Shown here piece by piece: positions 27,400 through 41,200 of a stretch of 64,000 bases of DNA. The position numbers were made by a program, and so were the translations under genes. Below the pieces are notes generated by a model, which did not search any database, was not told the DNA's origin, and saw only the letters and a list, made by a program, of their open reading frames with translations. How positions within the stretch are numbered: position 1 is the stretch's first letter; each line of letters starts with the position of its first letter. The DNA comes from Azolla caroliniana (lineage: Eukaryota; Plantae; Polypodiophyta), in the NCBI GenBank assembly GCA_043228905.1, contig JBHGNT010000012.1:14322001-14386000 (forward strand), given 5' to 3'.

Positions 27400-28134
27400 A
27401 GGCCAACACATTAATTCGCTATGTTATGCTAGATGTTTGGATTTTCCACTTTCCAAAGTTTTTTGTGTCATTCTAGCAATGGTGGATCATTTTACTAGTA
27501 TGACACATTTTCTTCCATTTTACCTATCAATATTAAAAAAAAGGCGATTTATTTGTTTACAGGAGAAGTATCGGAGTTCTAAATGACATTATCAATGATT
27601 GTGGGCCACAATTTATCTAGAAAGGGTTTAGGATTTAGTATTTATTATAAGCACTTTCTCAAACTCCTAAGTATTTAAGAAATCATCCGCAAAGTGAGGG
27701 GTATATCGATTGTACAAATAAGATATTAGAGCGATATCTTCATTCCTTCATTGACAACCATAGGGATGATAGGGTTGAATTGCGACATTTTGTGGAGTTT
27801 CCTTACAATAATTTAATACATTCATTCACTAGACAAACATACTCTATTTTTTGCAAACACATGTCATCATCCTCATTAGACGAATGCTTCGGTGTCGAGA
27901 AGGCTTGAATAATTTGATTCAACCCCAAGAGCTCCAAATTTACCTTTCACCATTTATGTGATACTCAAACCACATACAAATTTGTTGCTAATCTTCATCA
28001 CGTTGATTCTTCTCCCAAAAAAAACTATATTTTGTGTTGGGTTCATGTGTGGCTAGTACAAGATAATATAAAAACCACTAGGCCATGCAATAAGTTAGAT
28101 TATCAATTTCCATCCATTCATTATCAAAGAACAT
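27400..28134 (+). pseudogene. Highly degraded chromovirus integrase fragment
   Basis: ILAMVDHFTSMTHFLP and nucleotide similarity to 11700-12400. Confidence 0.65.
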
Positions 28135-29719
28135 AATTACACCATCTTCCTAACTAACATTTCAAAGTGGGATCTCAAAAGAATTTGCCATATGAATGCA
28201 TACCTAATTGCAACCAAGGAAGAGAACATGGTTTAGGGTTGTAGAGACTACTCTGAATGCAGACAATTGAGACAAAGCTCCTCTCCTCCTCAAACGCCAG
28301 GTATGTCTCGCCCATTAAGGTGTAGGGTAGGAGTAGGGTACACAAAATACATGAACATGTGGGCAAAGGATCCAACAGTGGGAGTTAAAGCATCAACGGT
28401 TGCAATTAAGGTAACAATGGCAAGGGTGCCCGTCGTGAGGTCGGTGGAATCAAGGTACACATTGCAAGGTAGGAACAAGGATAGGGAGAAGCATCAGGTG
28501 GCAAATGGGGGCGTAGGAAAGTAGATGAGAGGTTGAAAGAAACATGGCAACACATTATTGGTGGAGATAGGGGGATAAGTAAGGAATCAATCAATCTATC
28601 AGACAAGGTGGGTTGGATGGAAGAGGATGATAGGGCTCCTCTCAATAGCAAGGTGGCAATGGTCTTCACCATTGAATGCTTAGAGGATTCGAGAGTGTGG
28701 GGAGTGCCAGAGGTTTGGAATAAAGAGGTTGGGAAGCAAACGGTTGGGAGGGATAATTCCAGCCATGCATTATGGCAAGTGATGAGTGAGGGGAGGCAGG
28801 CGGATCGTCACAGGGGTTGGATGTTGTTGCGGAGTTGGACGCCATAGACGACATGTTGCAAGTAGAATTTTTTTTGCAGGAATGTGGTCAGACGCATAAT
28901 GCATGCCCGAGAGGGGGTCATGATAAGGATATGGACAAGACAGAGAGCTCTGAGTTACTAGAGGTTTTTTTGTTTGAGGATGAAAGTAAAATTTTGAATG
29001 TGGAGATTGAAAGATTAAGGAAATGGTCGTTCATTTGTGAGCTACTTGGTGGTAGACCTAATTGATGTATGGTTCGTGACTTGCTACAAGTAGCTCTTAT
29101 GGATCGGGTTCCGCAAATACTAAATGTGCACAATATGGGTAGAAATTTCTTCCATGTTGAAGTGGTAGAGGGGGGTGATGTATCGCAAATTGTGGATATG
29201 AAATTTGTAGAGCTCAAATATGGAAGAGCTCTTTTGTTGGAGTGGCATGCTAACTTCAATGCTAATAATGGAGGAAGACAAGAAAATTGGTAACCCTCGG
29301 GTGATTTCTATGATATTCCCAAATCTTCCTCGGCAGTTATACCCCTTGATACCGAAGATTGGGGATAAGATTGGCATAGTTTGTTCCTCAAAGGGAATGA
29401 TGGTAGATAGAATCAGGGAATACCCTAAGATTAGAGTGCTTGTGCAAAGTTCCTCCAAACTCCCCCCTATAATCAGGGTTCATGATGTGGAAATGGGATT
29501 GATAGATGTGGCGGTGGAATACGAGGGCTTACCTTACCAATGTTTTTATTGTAAAAAGAAGGGCCACATTGCTAAGGAATGCCCTAGGAAGATCAATGGT
29601 AATGTGAGGGTGGGAAAGGACAAAGGGCAGGTTGCTAAGCACGAGAATATAGGGGTGAAATATCATAACACCCTTAATGGGGTAGAGAAGGAGAAGGCTA
29701 ATACAGACGTTTGGACTCT

Positions 29720-32700
29720 AACACCGGGACATTTGAAACATGTAATATGTCGCATTTTGAGAACTGTTCATCAAAAAATGACACAAATTAGGGTGATTCA
29801 CAAAAAGGGGTGCCGCATGCGTAAAGGAATTTTAAAAATGACCCAAAAATATATTGATTTTTAACATGTACGGAAATTTAGGTGTTCAAAAAAATGCCTA
29901 AATAATGGACATGCCAAACTTACAAATGAATGTCCAAAATGACTAACCCCAATATTTATAGAAATTCTGAATCCAAATCTTGATGTGCAATACAATATTT
30001 ATAGTTAACGTATCAGGACAATCATTTTTCAAGTTTATGTCATCATCTTCATACCCATTAGATGAACTAGTACGAGTTTATGAGGTCTCATCTTCATCAT
30101 CAATGGCAACTAATGCATTGTGTTGATCCAATGGCAATCCAACCTCATCGAGTTTATGAGTCATGCTTCTTGTTTGTCTTTGTGTTGTGTCTGAAGCCAC
30201 ATTCCAGATCCTCTTTTAGTATCTTCATTGTGGTCTGTCACAGATAACTTGTTTTGGTCAAAGATAAGTCATACACTAATATATAAACATTATCCAATGT
30301 AAGAGTAGATGTGCTTGATGCATCTTTCCTCCTCACTTTTTGGTTATGATATTTCATTATGTACTTTCCATTTACAAGATTAGATTATGTGAGAGAAGCT
30401 TTCTACCAAAATCATTAGAATCTAAAAAATGTCTTAAAGATGTTTTCCATTTTTCTTAGATTCTCATAGTAAGCCTTTCATGTCGTACAGAAATCCGATT
30501 CATTCCATCTAGATTTGACGCAACATGTCGAATTTTACTCTATACATCTAGAATTGGATATAATGCATCAAATTCCTGTAAGTCTTGGAATTTTTTTTTA
30601 AAATTCCATTAAAAAAATACTCTTGCATTTTAATGCATTGCATTGAATTCTAGCTACATAGACTAAAATATGATACATTGCATGGATTTCCCGAAAATAC
30701 ATAAATAAATACAAATTGAAAAAATAAAACATTTTCCCATAAATAAATAAATAAACATTTTTTATTTTACTTGTAAATAAATAAATAAAAATTGAAAATT
30801 TAGATTTCAATGGAAATCCAATTCTGTGCATCGGATTCAATTGAAAATCCAATTTCTCTTATTTTTTTGAAAATTTTCTTATTTTTTGAATTGTTTTTGA
30901 ATTTGTTTTTATTTTTCCCATAAAAAAATAAATAAAAATTGAAAAATGGATTTTCAACGGAAATCCGATGCACTGCATCGGATTTTGGTTGAAGGTCCAC
31001 TTTTACGTATTTTTTTTCCAAATTTGCTTTTTTTTTTGAATTTTTTTGAATTTTTTCTATAAACAATAAATAAATATTGAAAAAATAGATTTTCAATGGA
31101 AATCCGATGCACTGCATCGGATTTCCATAGAAAATCCACTTCTTCTTATTTTTTTCCAAATTTTCATAGTTTTTAGAATTTTTTTGGTATTTTGTTTGTC
31201 TATTTTCTCATAAATAACTATATAGAAATTGAAAAAATGAATTTTCAAAGGAAATCCGATGCATTGCATCGGATTTCTATTGAAAGTCCACTTTTTGCTA
31301 TGTGGTATATTTTCATATTTTAAAATATTTTTTTGTATTTTTTAAATTTTTTTCCATTTTTTCCCATAAATAAATAAATAAAAATTGCAAAAAATGGGTT
31401 TTCAACAGAAATCCGATGCACTACATCGGATTTCTATTGAAAATCCATTTTGTCTTATTTGTTTCCAATTTTTCAGATATTTTGAATTTGTTTTTGTATT
31501 TGTTTTGAATTGTTTTTGTTTTTATCATAAATAAATATATAGGAATTGAAAAAAATGGATTTTCAACGGAAATCCGATGCACTGCATCGGATTTCCATTG
31601 AAAGTCCACTTTTTCTTGTTTGTTTACAAATTTTCTTATTTGTTTATATTTTTCTCTAAAAAAGTGTTAAAAATAAACAAATTGTGATTTTCTCCATTTA
31701 AAATGATGTGTTTTCAACGGGAATCCGATGCAGAGTGCATCGGATTCCCGTTGAAAACAAATCATTTTCAACAAGATTTTCAATGGAAATCCGATGCACT
31801 GCATCGGATTTCCGTTCAAAATCACTGAGTTTCAGTAGAAATCCGATGTAGTGCATCGGATTTCCGTTGAAAGTCCAATATTTTTCTTATGTTTTTTCAT
31901 AAAACATTAATTTGCAATTGAAATCCGACTCAATGGTTCAGATTTTGTTGAAAATGTAATAATTTTTTATTATCTAATTGTTTTATGAAAAACCTAAAAG
32001 AAATTTGGATTTTTAATTGAAATTCGATGTAGTGCATTAGATTTTAGTTGGAAATTCACTTTTTTAATATATTTTTATTTATTTTTTGAAAAAATGAAAA
32101 ACAATTGAAAAGAAAGAGGATTGCCAGCTAAAATCTGATGCAATGCATCAATGTCTAGCTGTATAGACTACGATCTGATGTAGTGTATCGGATTTCAGTT
32201 GAAAAGCCGTTTATTATTTTTTTATATGGAAAATAAATAAATAAATAACATTGGAAAAAGAAAAAAGAAAAAAGGATTTTCGACTCTAATCCAACGCATT
32301 GCATTAGATTCTAGCTATATATTCTAAAATATAATGTAGTGCATAGTATTTTAGCTGAAAATCGATTTTTTATTTTTTAATGGAAAATTTTTTAAAAATT
32401 ACAAAAAGAAAAAAAACTTGGATTTTCAACTGAAATCTAGTGCATCGCATTGGATTCCAATTAAAAATCCAAGATTTTTTATTTTTTCAAATTTTATTGT
32501 TTCAAATTTTCAATGGGTTTTAGATTAGTTTTCTGACACAGGTATATAATATAAAACTTACATCAATTTAGATTAACGTTATATTCTATTCTTCAGTTTG
32601 ATGTTACCTGTGCAATTTCATTCTACTGTCATGTACTACTAAAACATACGCCTTAAAGATTATCAGGAACTCTGTTGCATTAGAGAAGGACCTTGAGCAA

Positions 32701-33652
32701 GTTAATGTCATCAAAATGAGGATCCAAGGTATCTGGGGTTGTCCTGATCAAGACCAAGAAGTTGGGGCAAAGCATATCAATAAAACTTAGATGTTCCAGA
32801 TGACTTTTAGAAAACTTATGGAACTATAGATGAAGACGCAGGGCAACTTGTTGAATTAGAAGACGTTTCAGAATCTGAACATACTAACAATTCAACTTAG
32901 CGTACTGACGAAGCCAATGAGGACAATCCTGATGAAAGAGCTAATCCTGAGTAGACGGCTTTACCAGACTTATTATTCGATTGAATGGTTATGGCTTATT
33001 GTAAATTTTGAACAATATGAATTGTTAAATTTTGACGTAATATATAAGTTGAGCTTACTTATAATTTTCGTGTAACAATCATTGAACTTAGAAATTAAGT
33101 ATACTTGTATGTGTACATGTTATCTAAACTCTCCTTTATCATTTGGGGTATATCGGAGATAAGTTTATACTCTATCATTTACTCGTATGATTGGAATGTT
33201 ATTGTAGACTAGTTTATTTATACATTGATAGTGTCATGTATCACGTGTCAATGGAAATTTTCTCTTGACATAGTAGTATCTCTTAATTGCAAGGTTCACA
33301 ATTTGCTTTAAGATGTATTATATTTAAATATACACACAGAATTAGAAGAATTCACTTATTCAATGGGGCATGCTTTTTAGAATATGCACAAGGAGCCGTG
33401 TTACTATTATACTTGTGTTGACAAATACACCCCTGTCTAAGATTTGGACAAAAACATGGTACATAGAATATACGTCGGATGATTTTGTTGACGTGATATT
33501 AGTTTGTTCTTTTTTTCGCTATGTTTTCATAAACCACATACACATGCGTCGTGCCTTGTTGAAATTTTGCTTAAATAAGGCATTTTTTAACATCTCACTA
33601 AGATATGAAAAAGAGAATGCGACATATTACTTGTTTCAAATGACCCGGTGTT
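29720..33652. mobile_element. Unclassified TIR DNA transposon (no intact transposase seen) inserted in LINE ORF1
   Basis: ~37-bp TIRs AACACCGGG(A/T)CATTTGAAACA(T/A)GTAATATGTCGCATT; 4-bp TSD CTCT (29716-29719, 33653-33656). Excision yields a contiguous LINE ORF1 read DVWTLVLG*KKR. Confidence 0.85.
30600..32470. repeat. Array of palindromic units AAATCCGATGCA(C/G)TGCATCGGATTT separated by AT-rich spacers
   Basis: More than 12 copies, with ~150-bp period in the left part; longest palindrome centred near 31733. Confidence 0.9.
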
Positions 33653-33710
33653 CTCTGGTTTTGGGATGAAAAAAACGCTTGTAGCAAGAAGGAAACACAA
33701 CTATGCCTCA

Positions 33711-36700
33711 TGTAAGGCTGAGGAATAGCTTTGAGGCATTGTGTCGAGAGAGAGAGAGTATATTGTAAAGATAATGTATTGCACTGGAAGATGGAATACA
33801 ATAAACAACAAGGGAGCTCTAGAATGGCGTTGAACCAAATTGGTTCATCCCTTATTATTAGATGCATATTTATAAGTCTTAATAGGGTATTCTAGAAAAT
33901 CTTAGAATAAAGATTAGGCTAGAATATTCTAGAATGTTCTAAACAATAGAGCACTCTCAAATACTCTAGAACATTCTAGAACATAGGCACTCTCGAATAT
34001 TCTAGAACATAGAGTACTCTAGAATACTTTATGATATTCTATATAGTTTATAAATTCTTTACACATAAATATATCATTACAATGGTTAAGAACTCAACAC
34101 ATATATAACAAGGTTGTGGGTTTGATTCCTTGTAAACCCAAATCGCGTGTAAGTGTCATCATGACACTACCCCCCTTTTTTGACGACTCGTATCACAAGT
34201 CGTATGGGTTGAACTAGGACCTGGCTTATGAGGATATTGTCAATGAAATTCGGTGACTATGTCCACAACATTGACAAGATTTGTTGCAGGTTTCCAAGTT
34301 CGATCATTGGGTGTATAGCCTAACCAATCGACCAAGTAATACAACTCATTGCGCGCAATCTTGGAATCGAGAATGGCAGCAACCTCAAATTCTGGTTCTT
34401 CCAAAAACTCTACAGGTGGTGGGGACTTGTAAGATGTTTGTTAAGTAGTTTCAAGCTAGCCTCGGAGATACCGACAACACTACGACGACAATAAACAAGA
34501 TTCGAAGGCTTCGACAAGGATATCGTCCCACGTCGACTTACGCAGCCAATTTCCATCTCTTGGCATGCGATATCCCTTGGGATGAGGCGGCTCTAATGGA
34601 TCAATTTCGTCAAGGTTTGTGTAATGATGTCAAAGATCTTCTTTTTACCTTTCATGAAGATCCAAAATCTCTTATAGAGGCAATTAGTCGAGTTGTGTGA
34701 TGTGATAATTGCCTATTTGAGCAATGCTTGGAGCGCCAACAAATGTTGCGCTGTCAACCGGAACAAACGTACGCTTCTATAGTCGCAACGCCTCCACAAG
34801 TTTCTAGACCCATCACGAGGGATGGCCCAACTCCAATGGAAATAGATTCAACACAACGTCGGGGGCCCTTATCGGATGTTGAGAAGCAACGACGTCGAGC
34901 ACACCGATTATGTCTATATTATGGGGGTCCATGACATATAGCCGTGAATTGTCCGCATAAACCTAGACGTCAAGTATACCAAGTAAGTGCACAAGACAAC
35001 CCTACTTCAAGCTCCATTATTACTTCTAATAACATGAGTAAGCCTAGTAGTCCATGCCATGAGAATAAATTCGATGTCTTGAGCCAATTAGAGGATGTGT
35101 TAAACGAGTAAGTCCAGCCAAAATAGGAGCCATTTGGTTGGACAACCCTAGATATGTAGAGTTAGTTCCTAGTCATGGTTCCATTTCATCAAATCAAGTT
35201 AGTCGAGTTTTTTCTGCACAAGTTGAACTTAGCACATCTACTTGTCATCGAGTCCTAGCCTTTGCCCTCTTAGATTCTGGAGCCAACTCTTGTTTCATGG
35301 ATCGTGAGTTTGCATTGACACAAAACATCCTCTTGAATAGCCTCCCTAACCCAATATCCGTAGAAGTCATCTATGGCCATCCCATAGCATCAGGTGATAT
35401 AGTCGAAGAGCTCGAGCCAATTCGTGTAGTTCTTGGTGATTTGGCAAGCATAATCTCTTTCAACATTATTTGTAGTCCAGAACACCCATTAGTTCTAGGT
35501 CTCCCTTGGTTTGAACTACATAACCCGAAGATTGATTGGATGAAAAGAACAATTGAGGAATCCCAAGAAAAAAGAACTACACCCACATCCCTCAACACTC
35601 CAATATTTGATACTAGATCCCATAAGTTATCAACCATCTCTCTCCATCAGTTACGTGAGGAAGGGGGGAACGAGGACATGTTCGTATTTGCAATCGTAGC
35701 AACTCCATCAACCCCATCACCCATCTTACCGGAGCCGGACATCCAATTAACAAAAAAATATAAAGAGTTTTCAGTCGTCTTTGATAATGTGAAGGCAAAT
35801 ACACTGCCAGAGCATAGGCCATACGACTGCCCCATTGACTTACAACCAGGGAAAGAACCGCCATGGGGGGCAATTTATAATCTCTCACCTGTAGAGCTAG
35901 AGACTTTGCGGGAATATATCGATGAGAATCTGGCAAGCGGATTCATCCGGCATTCTAGATCCCCTGCTGGTGCACCTATCTTCTTTGTTTAGAAGAAAAA
36001 CGGGTCTCTTCGATTGGTTGTGGATTATCGAGGCCTGAACAAAGTGATTATCCGGAATAGATATGCTCTATCATTTATCTCGAACCTTTTGGAACGTCTC
36101 AGTGGAGCAAAATATTTCACAAATTTGGATCTTCGCGGTGCATACAATCTAGTTCGGATTCGTCCAAGGGATGAATGGAAAACTACTTTTCACACTTGTT
36201 ATGGACATTTCGAGTATATTGTGATGCCATTCTGTCTCACAAATGCACTTTGCAGTGTTCCAGCATATGGCGAATGATATTTTTCGAGATTTTCTCGATA
36301 TCTTCACTATAGTTTACCTGGACGACATTTTGATCTACTCAAAGATTGAAGAGGAGTATGATAAACATGTTCGTCAGGTATTACGTCGACTACGAGAATA
36401 TGGTCTCTACGCAAAATTAGAAAAGTGCAGTTTCGGCCAGAATCAAGTGGAGTTTTTGGGGTATGTTGTATCATCAACTGGTATCTCTATGGACCCAATG
36501 AAGGTTCAAACAATTTTAGATTGGCAAACACCCCTTTCAGTGTGTGATGTACAATGTTTTCTCGGGTTTGCAAATTTTTATCGGAAATTCATTAAAAATT
36601 ATTCCAAGGTCATGCTTCCGCTCACCCGACTCACACACAAAAATCAACCATTCATATGGAATTCAGAGGCGACCGAGGCGTTCGAAAGTTTACAATGAGC

Positions 36701-37540
36701 ATTTACAACAACACCTATTTTGGCTCATGTTGATCCTAAGAAACGCTTCATCCTTGAAGCTGATGCGTCAGACTTTGCATTAGGAAGTGTTCTATCACAA
36801 ATTGGAGATGACGGGCAACTACATCCTATTGCTTTTCATTCCCGAAAATTCGAAGCTGCAGAGATTAACTACGAGATCCATTACAAAGAGCTTCTAGCAA
36901 TTGTGGATTCTTTTCAACAATGGCGACATTTTCTGGAAGGTTCTTCTCAGAAGATCATGGTCTACAATGATCACAAGAACCTAACATATTTCCAAAATGC
37001 TTGAGTCTTAAGTTGGGGACAAGATTGTTGGGCGCAATTTTTAACTCACTTCGACTTTGTAATCATATATCACCCAAGGATGCAACAAGGAAAAGCGAAT
37101 GCTCTTTCTCGACGCTCTTATATGGAACTTCATCCAGGAGAACTAGCTATTGAGCATAAAAAACAAATCCTTTTGGGTCCAAATCGCCTACGATTAATGA
37201 CAGTTTGAACCAAATTGGTTCATCCCTCTTATTATTAGATGCATATTTATAAGTCTTAATAGGGTATTCTAGAAAATCTTAGAATAAAGATTATGCTAGA
37301 ATATTCTAGAATGTTCTAAACAATAGAGCACTCTCAAATACTCTAGAACATTCTAGAACATAGGCACTCTCGAATATTCTAGAACATTCTAGAACATAGA
37401 GTACTCTAGAATACTTTATGATATTCTATATAGTTTATAAATTCTTTACACATAAATATATCATTACAATGGTTAAGAACTCGACACGTATATAACAAGG
37501 TTGTGGGTTCGATTCCTTGTAAACCCAAATCGTATGTAAA
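33711..37540. mobile_element. Rearranged Tcn1-like chromovirus with internal inversion
   Basis: Minus-strand LTR ~33711-34166 with PPT and chromodomain (34167-34424); plus-strand gag-PR-RT-RH 34437-37205 closely similar to 8500-11240; then a partial minus-strand LTR 37206-37540. Confidence 0.85.
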
Positions 37541-38227
37541 CATTGTTGGAAGAATAGAGGATCTATTACAGGATCAAAGGTCAAATAATGATGAAGAGGT
37601 GGAAGTATCAGGCTAAGATTGGTGAAAGAGTGGTTACGCACTGGGAGGTGGCAAGAAAGCTCACCAATCAGTTCCGAAACTCAGAAGTTGCATGAGACAA
37701 GACAAGTAATTATAGGGGTAGATGTTCGAGTCCCAGTCAAATTTGTTCAGTCCAAAAGATCCCTAAGGGATAGGTTCGACAAGGGGCCTGCAGGTTTAGC
37801 CAACAAGCTCTCAAGAGATTGATTGACTTGTGTCATGAGGAAGGCTCGGGGCTGAGGGTTTACGTGGTTGTCAATGAACGCAACAAGTTGCCAAAGCCAA
37901 TAACATGGAATAGTTCCATAACCAGTAGGGCGAACAAGTGCTTTAACAATTTGCCCATCACTTCGAATGGGGATAAATGGAGAGTGATGTGGATGAATGT
38001 TAAAATGATTTGTGAGAGGGTTAATTATTCATGGATTAAAAAACAATTGCTACTATGCATAGAAGAGAGGGTAGACTCCCTCGATGAGGTGTTGCACTTC
38101 CATGAGGAGGAAATGGAGGATGCAATGAGGCAGGATGTTGTGTTGGGATGGGAGAGGCTCAATAAGGGAGGTTGGGCGTGGACTCGGGGGGGGGGGGGGG
38201 GGGAGGGGGGACTTCACTCATGTTTTC

Positions 38228-41200
38228 ATGAAATTACTCACGTGGAACATACAAGGTCTAGGGGGTAGCAAATGTATGTTGGAGAGGAAGAACTTCCGAC
38301 AGGAGTTCAAATCCCCAAGTTTCAAGGGGGTCTCAGATATATTGTTGTTGGAAGAGCACCATCTAAGTGTGAACAAGATCTTGAATATTGGCAATCCTCT
38401 TGAGGGGGATTGGCAGACGTTCTGGTCCCCAGCTCAAGGTGAGCACGATAGGAAAGCGGGTGTATGTGCATCTATAAGGAAGTATTCAGATGTCGTTGTG
38501 GTGGGACATGACACCATAATGGAGGGACATGTCATCTATATGACTATTAGATGGTCCCAATGCATAATTGGCATAATAAATGTGTATGCGCCCAATTCGT
38601 CAATGAACCGGGCCCTTTTTTGGAGGCAATTGGCCGATGGCCAGCCGATTGCAGATGCATGGATCCTTGCAGGGGATTTTAACATGACTTTGTACAAAGA
38701 GGATAAGGTGGGGGGTATGCAAATGGTGGTACAGGGGGCTGAGCTAGTTGCATGAGATTTGTTGATGGGTCGAATGGGGGTGAAAGATGTCTAGCATGTA
38801 ATAAAAAAGCCTCGAAGTTCGCTAAACTTTTCGAGAGCAGGCTGCAGTATGAATGGCTTTTGCATGTCTCGCATAGCCAGAATATACATCAGTTTAGAAC
38901 TAGAAAATTTTGGAATCAATGTTGAAATCATTGCAGGTTCAGCCTACTCCGATCATATGCCGATTAAGATAACGCTAGAAACGCAGAGGAGGCCAGCAAG
39001 GGACTGCAATGTGAGGATCAACAAAAAACGTTTTGAGGATGCGGAGGTGAGTAGAAACATAAGGCATATATGTGAAAGCAATTCGGCTGGGTGTGGTGCA
39101 ATTGATAAACTTCGAGAGAAGATTATCGAAACTTCAACTTTCTCCACAGGGCAACTAAAAGTAGAATTGTGAGGTCTAAGGAGGAAGAAATGTGTTTAAG
39201 GAGATCAATAGTGGCTGGCCAAAGGCTATTACAGAAAGATCCCCGATGCCAATGGTCCAGGGTAGGCCTTGAGGCTGCCAGAGAAACGTTGCAGCGCTTG
39301 ATTGCATCCAGAAATACGATGCTATTTAGGAGTTCAGCGGCATGGTGAAGCAAAAATGGGGATAAGGTGAATAAACAATTTTTCATGCATAAACAACCTA
39401 GAACAAACTATAGCTACAATTCGAAGCTGGTTAAGGAAGATGGCTCTATGTCGGAGGATATTTCGAAGATCTTGGAGGCGGTCACCTCACATTGTCATGA
39501 GTTGCTTTCAGATAGTTGTAACAATATCCTCGAACAACCTACTCTGATAGAATATGTGTTAGGGAATGAAGCACAAAATTTCAGATGCGGCTCAAGGTAA
39601 TCTTGCGAGGCCTCTCTTGGAAGAGGAGGTGGTTGATGCTTTGGCAGGTATTTGCAGAACGTCCTGTCCCGACTCCGATGGACTATCAAGAGATTTTTTT
39701 GAAAAATTATGGGACGTGATCAAGGCTGATTTGGTTGATGGGCTAAAAGAGGCATGGGTTGTTGGGTGCTTACCTGCGCAATTTCAAGAGGGGATGATAT
39801 TTCTAATTCCTAAGGTACAAGGTGTAATAACTTATGCAAGGCAATGGAGAGCGATCACATTGCTCAACACAGTATATAAGATATTTGCCAATATACTAAC
39901 CAAGAGGGTAAAATCGTACCTAGATGAGCTAATCCATGTTGGACAAACAAGGTTCATGGAAAACAGATGCATAATTGATAATGTGTTGACATTTTGGGAG
40001 GCGATTGCCTTGGCAAAGAAAACCAATCCGCACATTTCCTATCTCATGTTTGACTTTGAGAAGGCATATGACATAGTGGCCTTTTTTACATAAAGTCATG
40101 GAAAGGTTGGGATTACCTTTAAAATGGAGATCGGTTGTGTTGGCCCTTTACAAAGGAAGTTAGAGTAGGGTGTTAGTGACAAGGCATCGTGGCCCATCGA
40201 TTCCATTACGCAGTTCTGTTAGACAGGGGTGCATGTTGGCCCCCTACCTTTTTTAATTTATTACAGAGGCATTATCTTTCTTTTTGAACAGATCGGAGGT
40301 AGGAATAAGGGGTTTAGTTATTCCGCAGGCGAGCAAGGATCTGCTGGACTCTAAGTATGTAGATGACATTATGCTTTACTTGCAAGGCAATGATGCTAAT
40401 TTACAAAAGGTTGAAGGACGGATTGAGATGTTTTGCAAAGCGTCATGGGGGAAATTTAACTGGAACAAAAGTAGAGGATTATGGGTAAGTTCAAAGCCAC
40501 GATTGTTACCTAATGTTGATTTTGAATGGGTCCCCACTGGCATGGTTGTTAAGTATTTGGGCTTTTTGGTGGGAGTTGAGACACCTAAAAATCAGCTGCT
40601 TGAGCAGGTGAGAGACAAAATTAGAAAAAAGCTTCGGCTATGGGAATCGGTAAAGCTTTCCCTTGCAGGTAGGGTGGTTGTGGTGAACCATATTTTGTTG
40701 GCCACCATGTGGCATTCAGTGGCATGTTGGATGTTAGACTAAGCCTGCATAAAAAATATTAAGGTAATGGTGAGAGGGTTCTTGTGGTCGGGTAGAGACA
40801 ATGAGATGTCGTCAGGTAAAGTGGCGTGGGGTTGTTTAATTAAGGCGATGAATCAGGGAGGACTTGGACTGGTGGATCCGGTTCACCAAAGTAAGGCTCT
40901 ACTTGGTAAGCTTCTTGTGCGAAGTCTGCAACCCGGACCAAAATTGTGGAAGGTGCTCCTTAGGAACAGAGTTGACCTTTGGTGTCCAAGAAATGGTGGT
41001 CCTTGGCAGGCAAATACATGGTGGTTGTTCAATCCAACTCTAAAGTTGAAAGAACTGGCTAACACAAAGGATAGGGTGGTTCGCGCCATAATGAAGGCGT
41101 GGTCAAGTTTAAGAGAAGGGTTGGTCTTAATGCAACCAAAAACATTGGATGAACGGCTACGACAACCATTGTTTTGGAACCCTAGGATTAGAAGTGAAGA

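Noticed and set aside
30598-31609. Short Lys/Phe/Asn-rich ORFs
   Set aside because: Artefacts of AT-rich repeats.
30800-32470. CRISPR-like array of palindromic repeats
   Set aside because: Spacers are ~100-120 bp, low-complexity and similar to each other; there are no cas genes; the context is a eukaryotic transposon.
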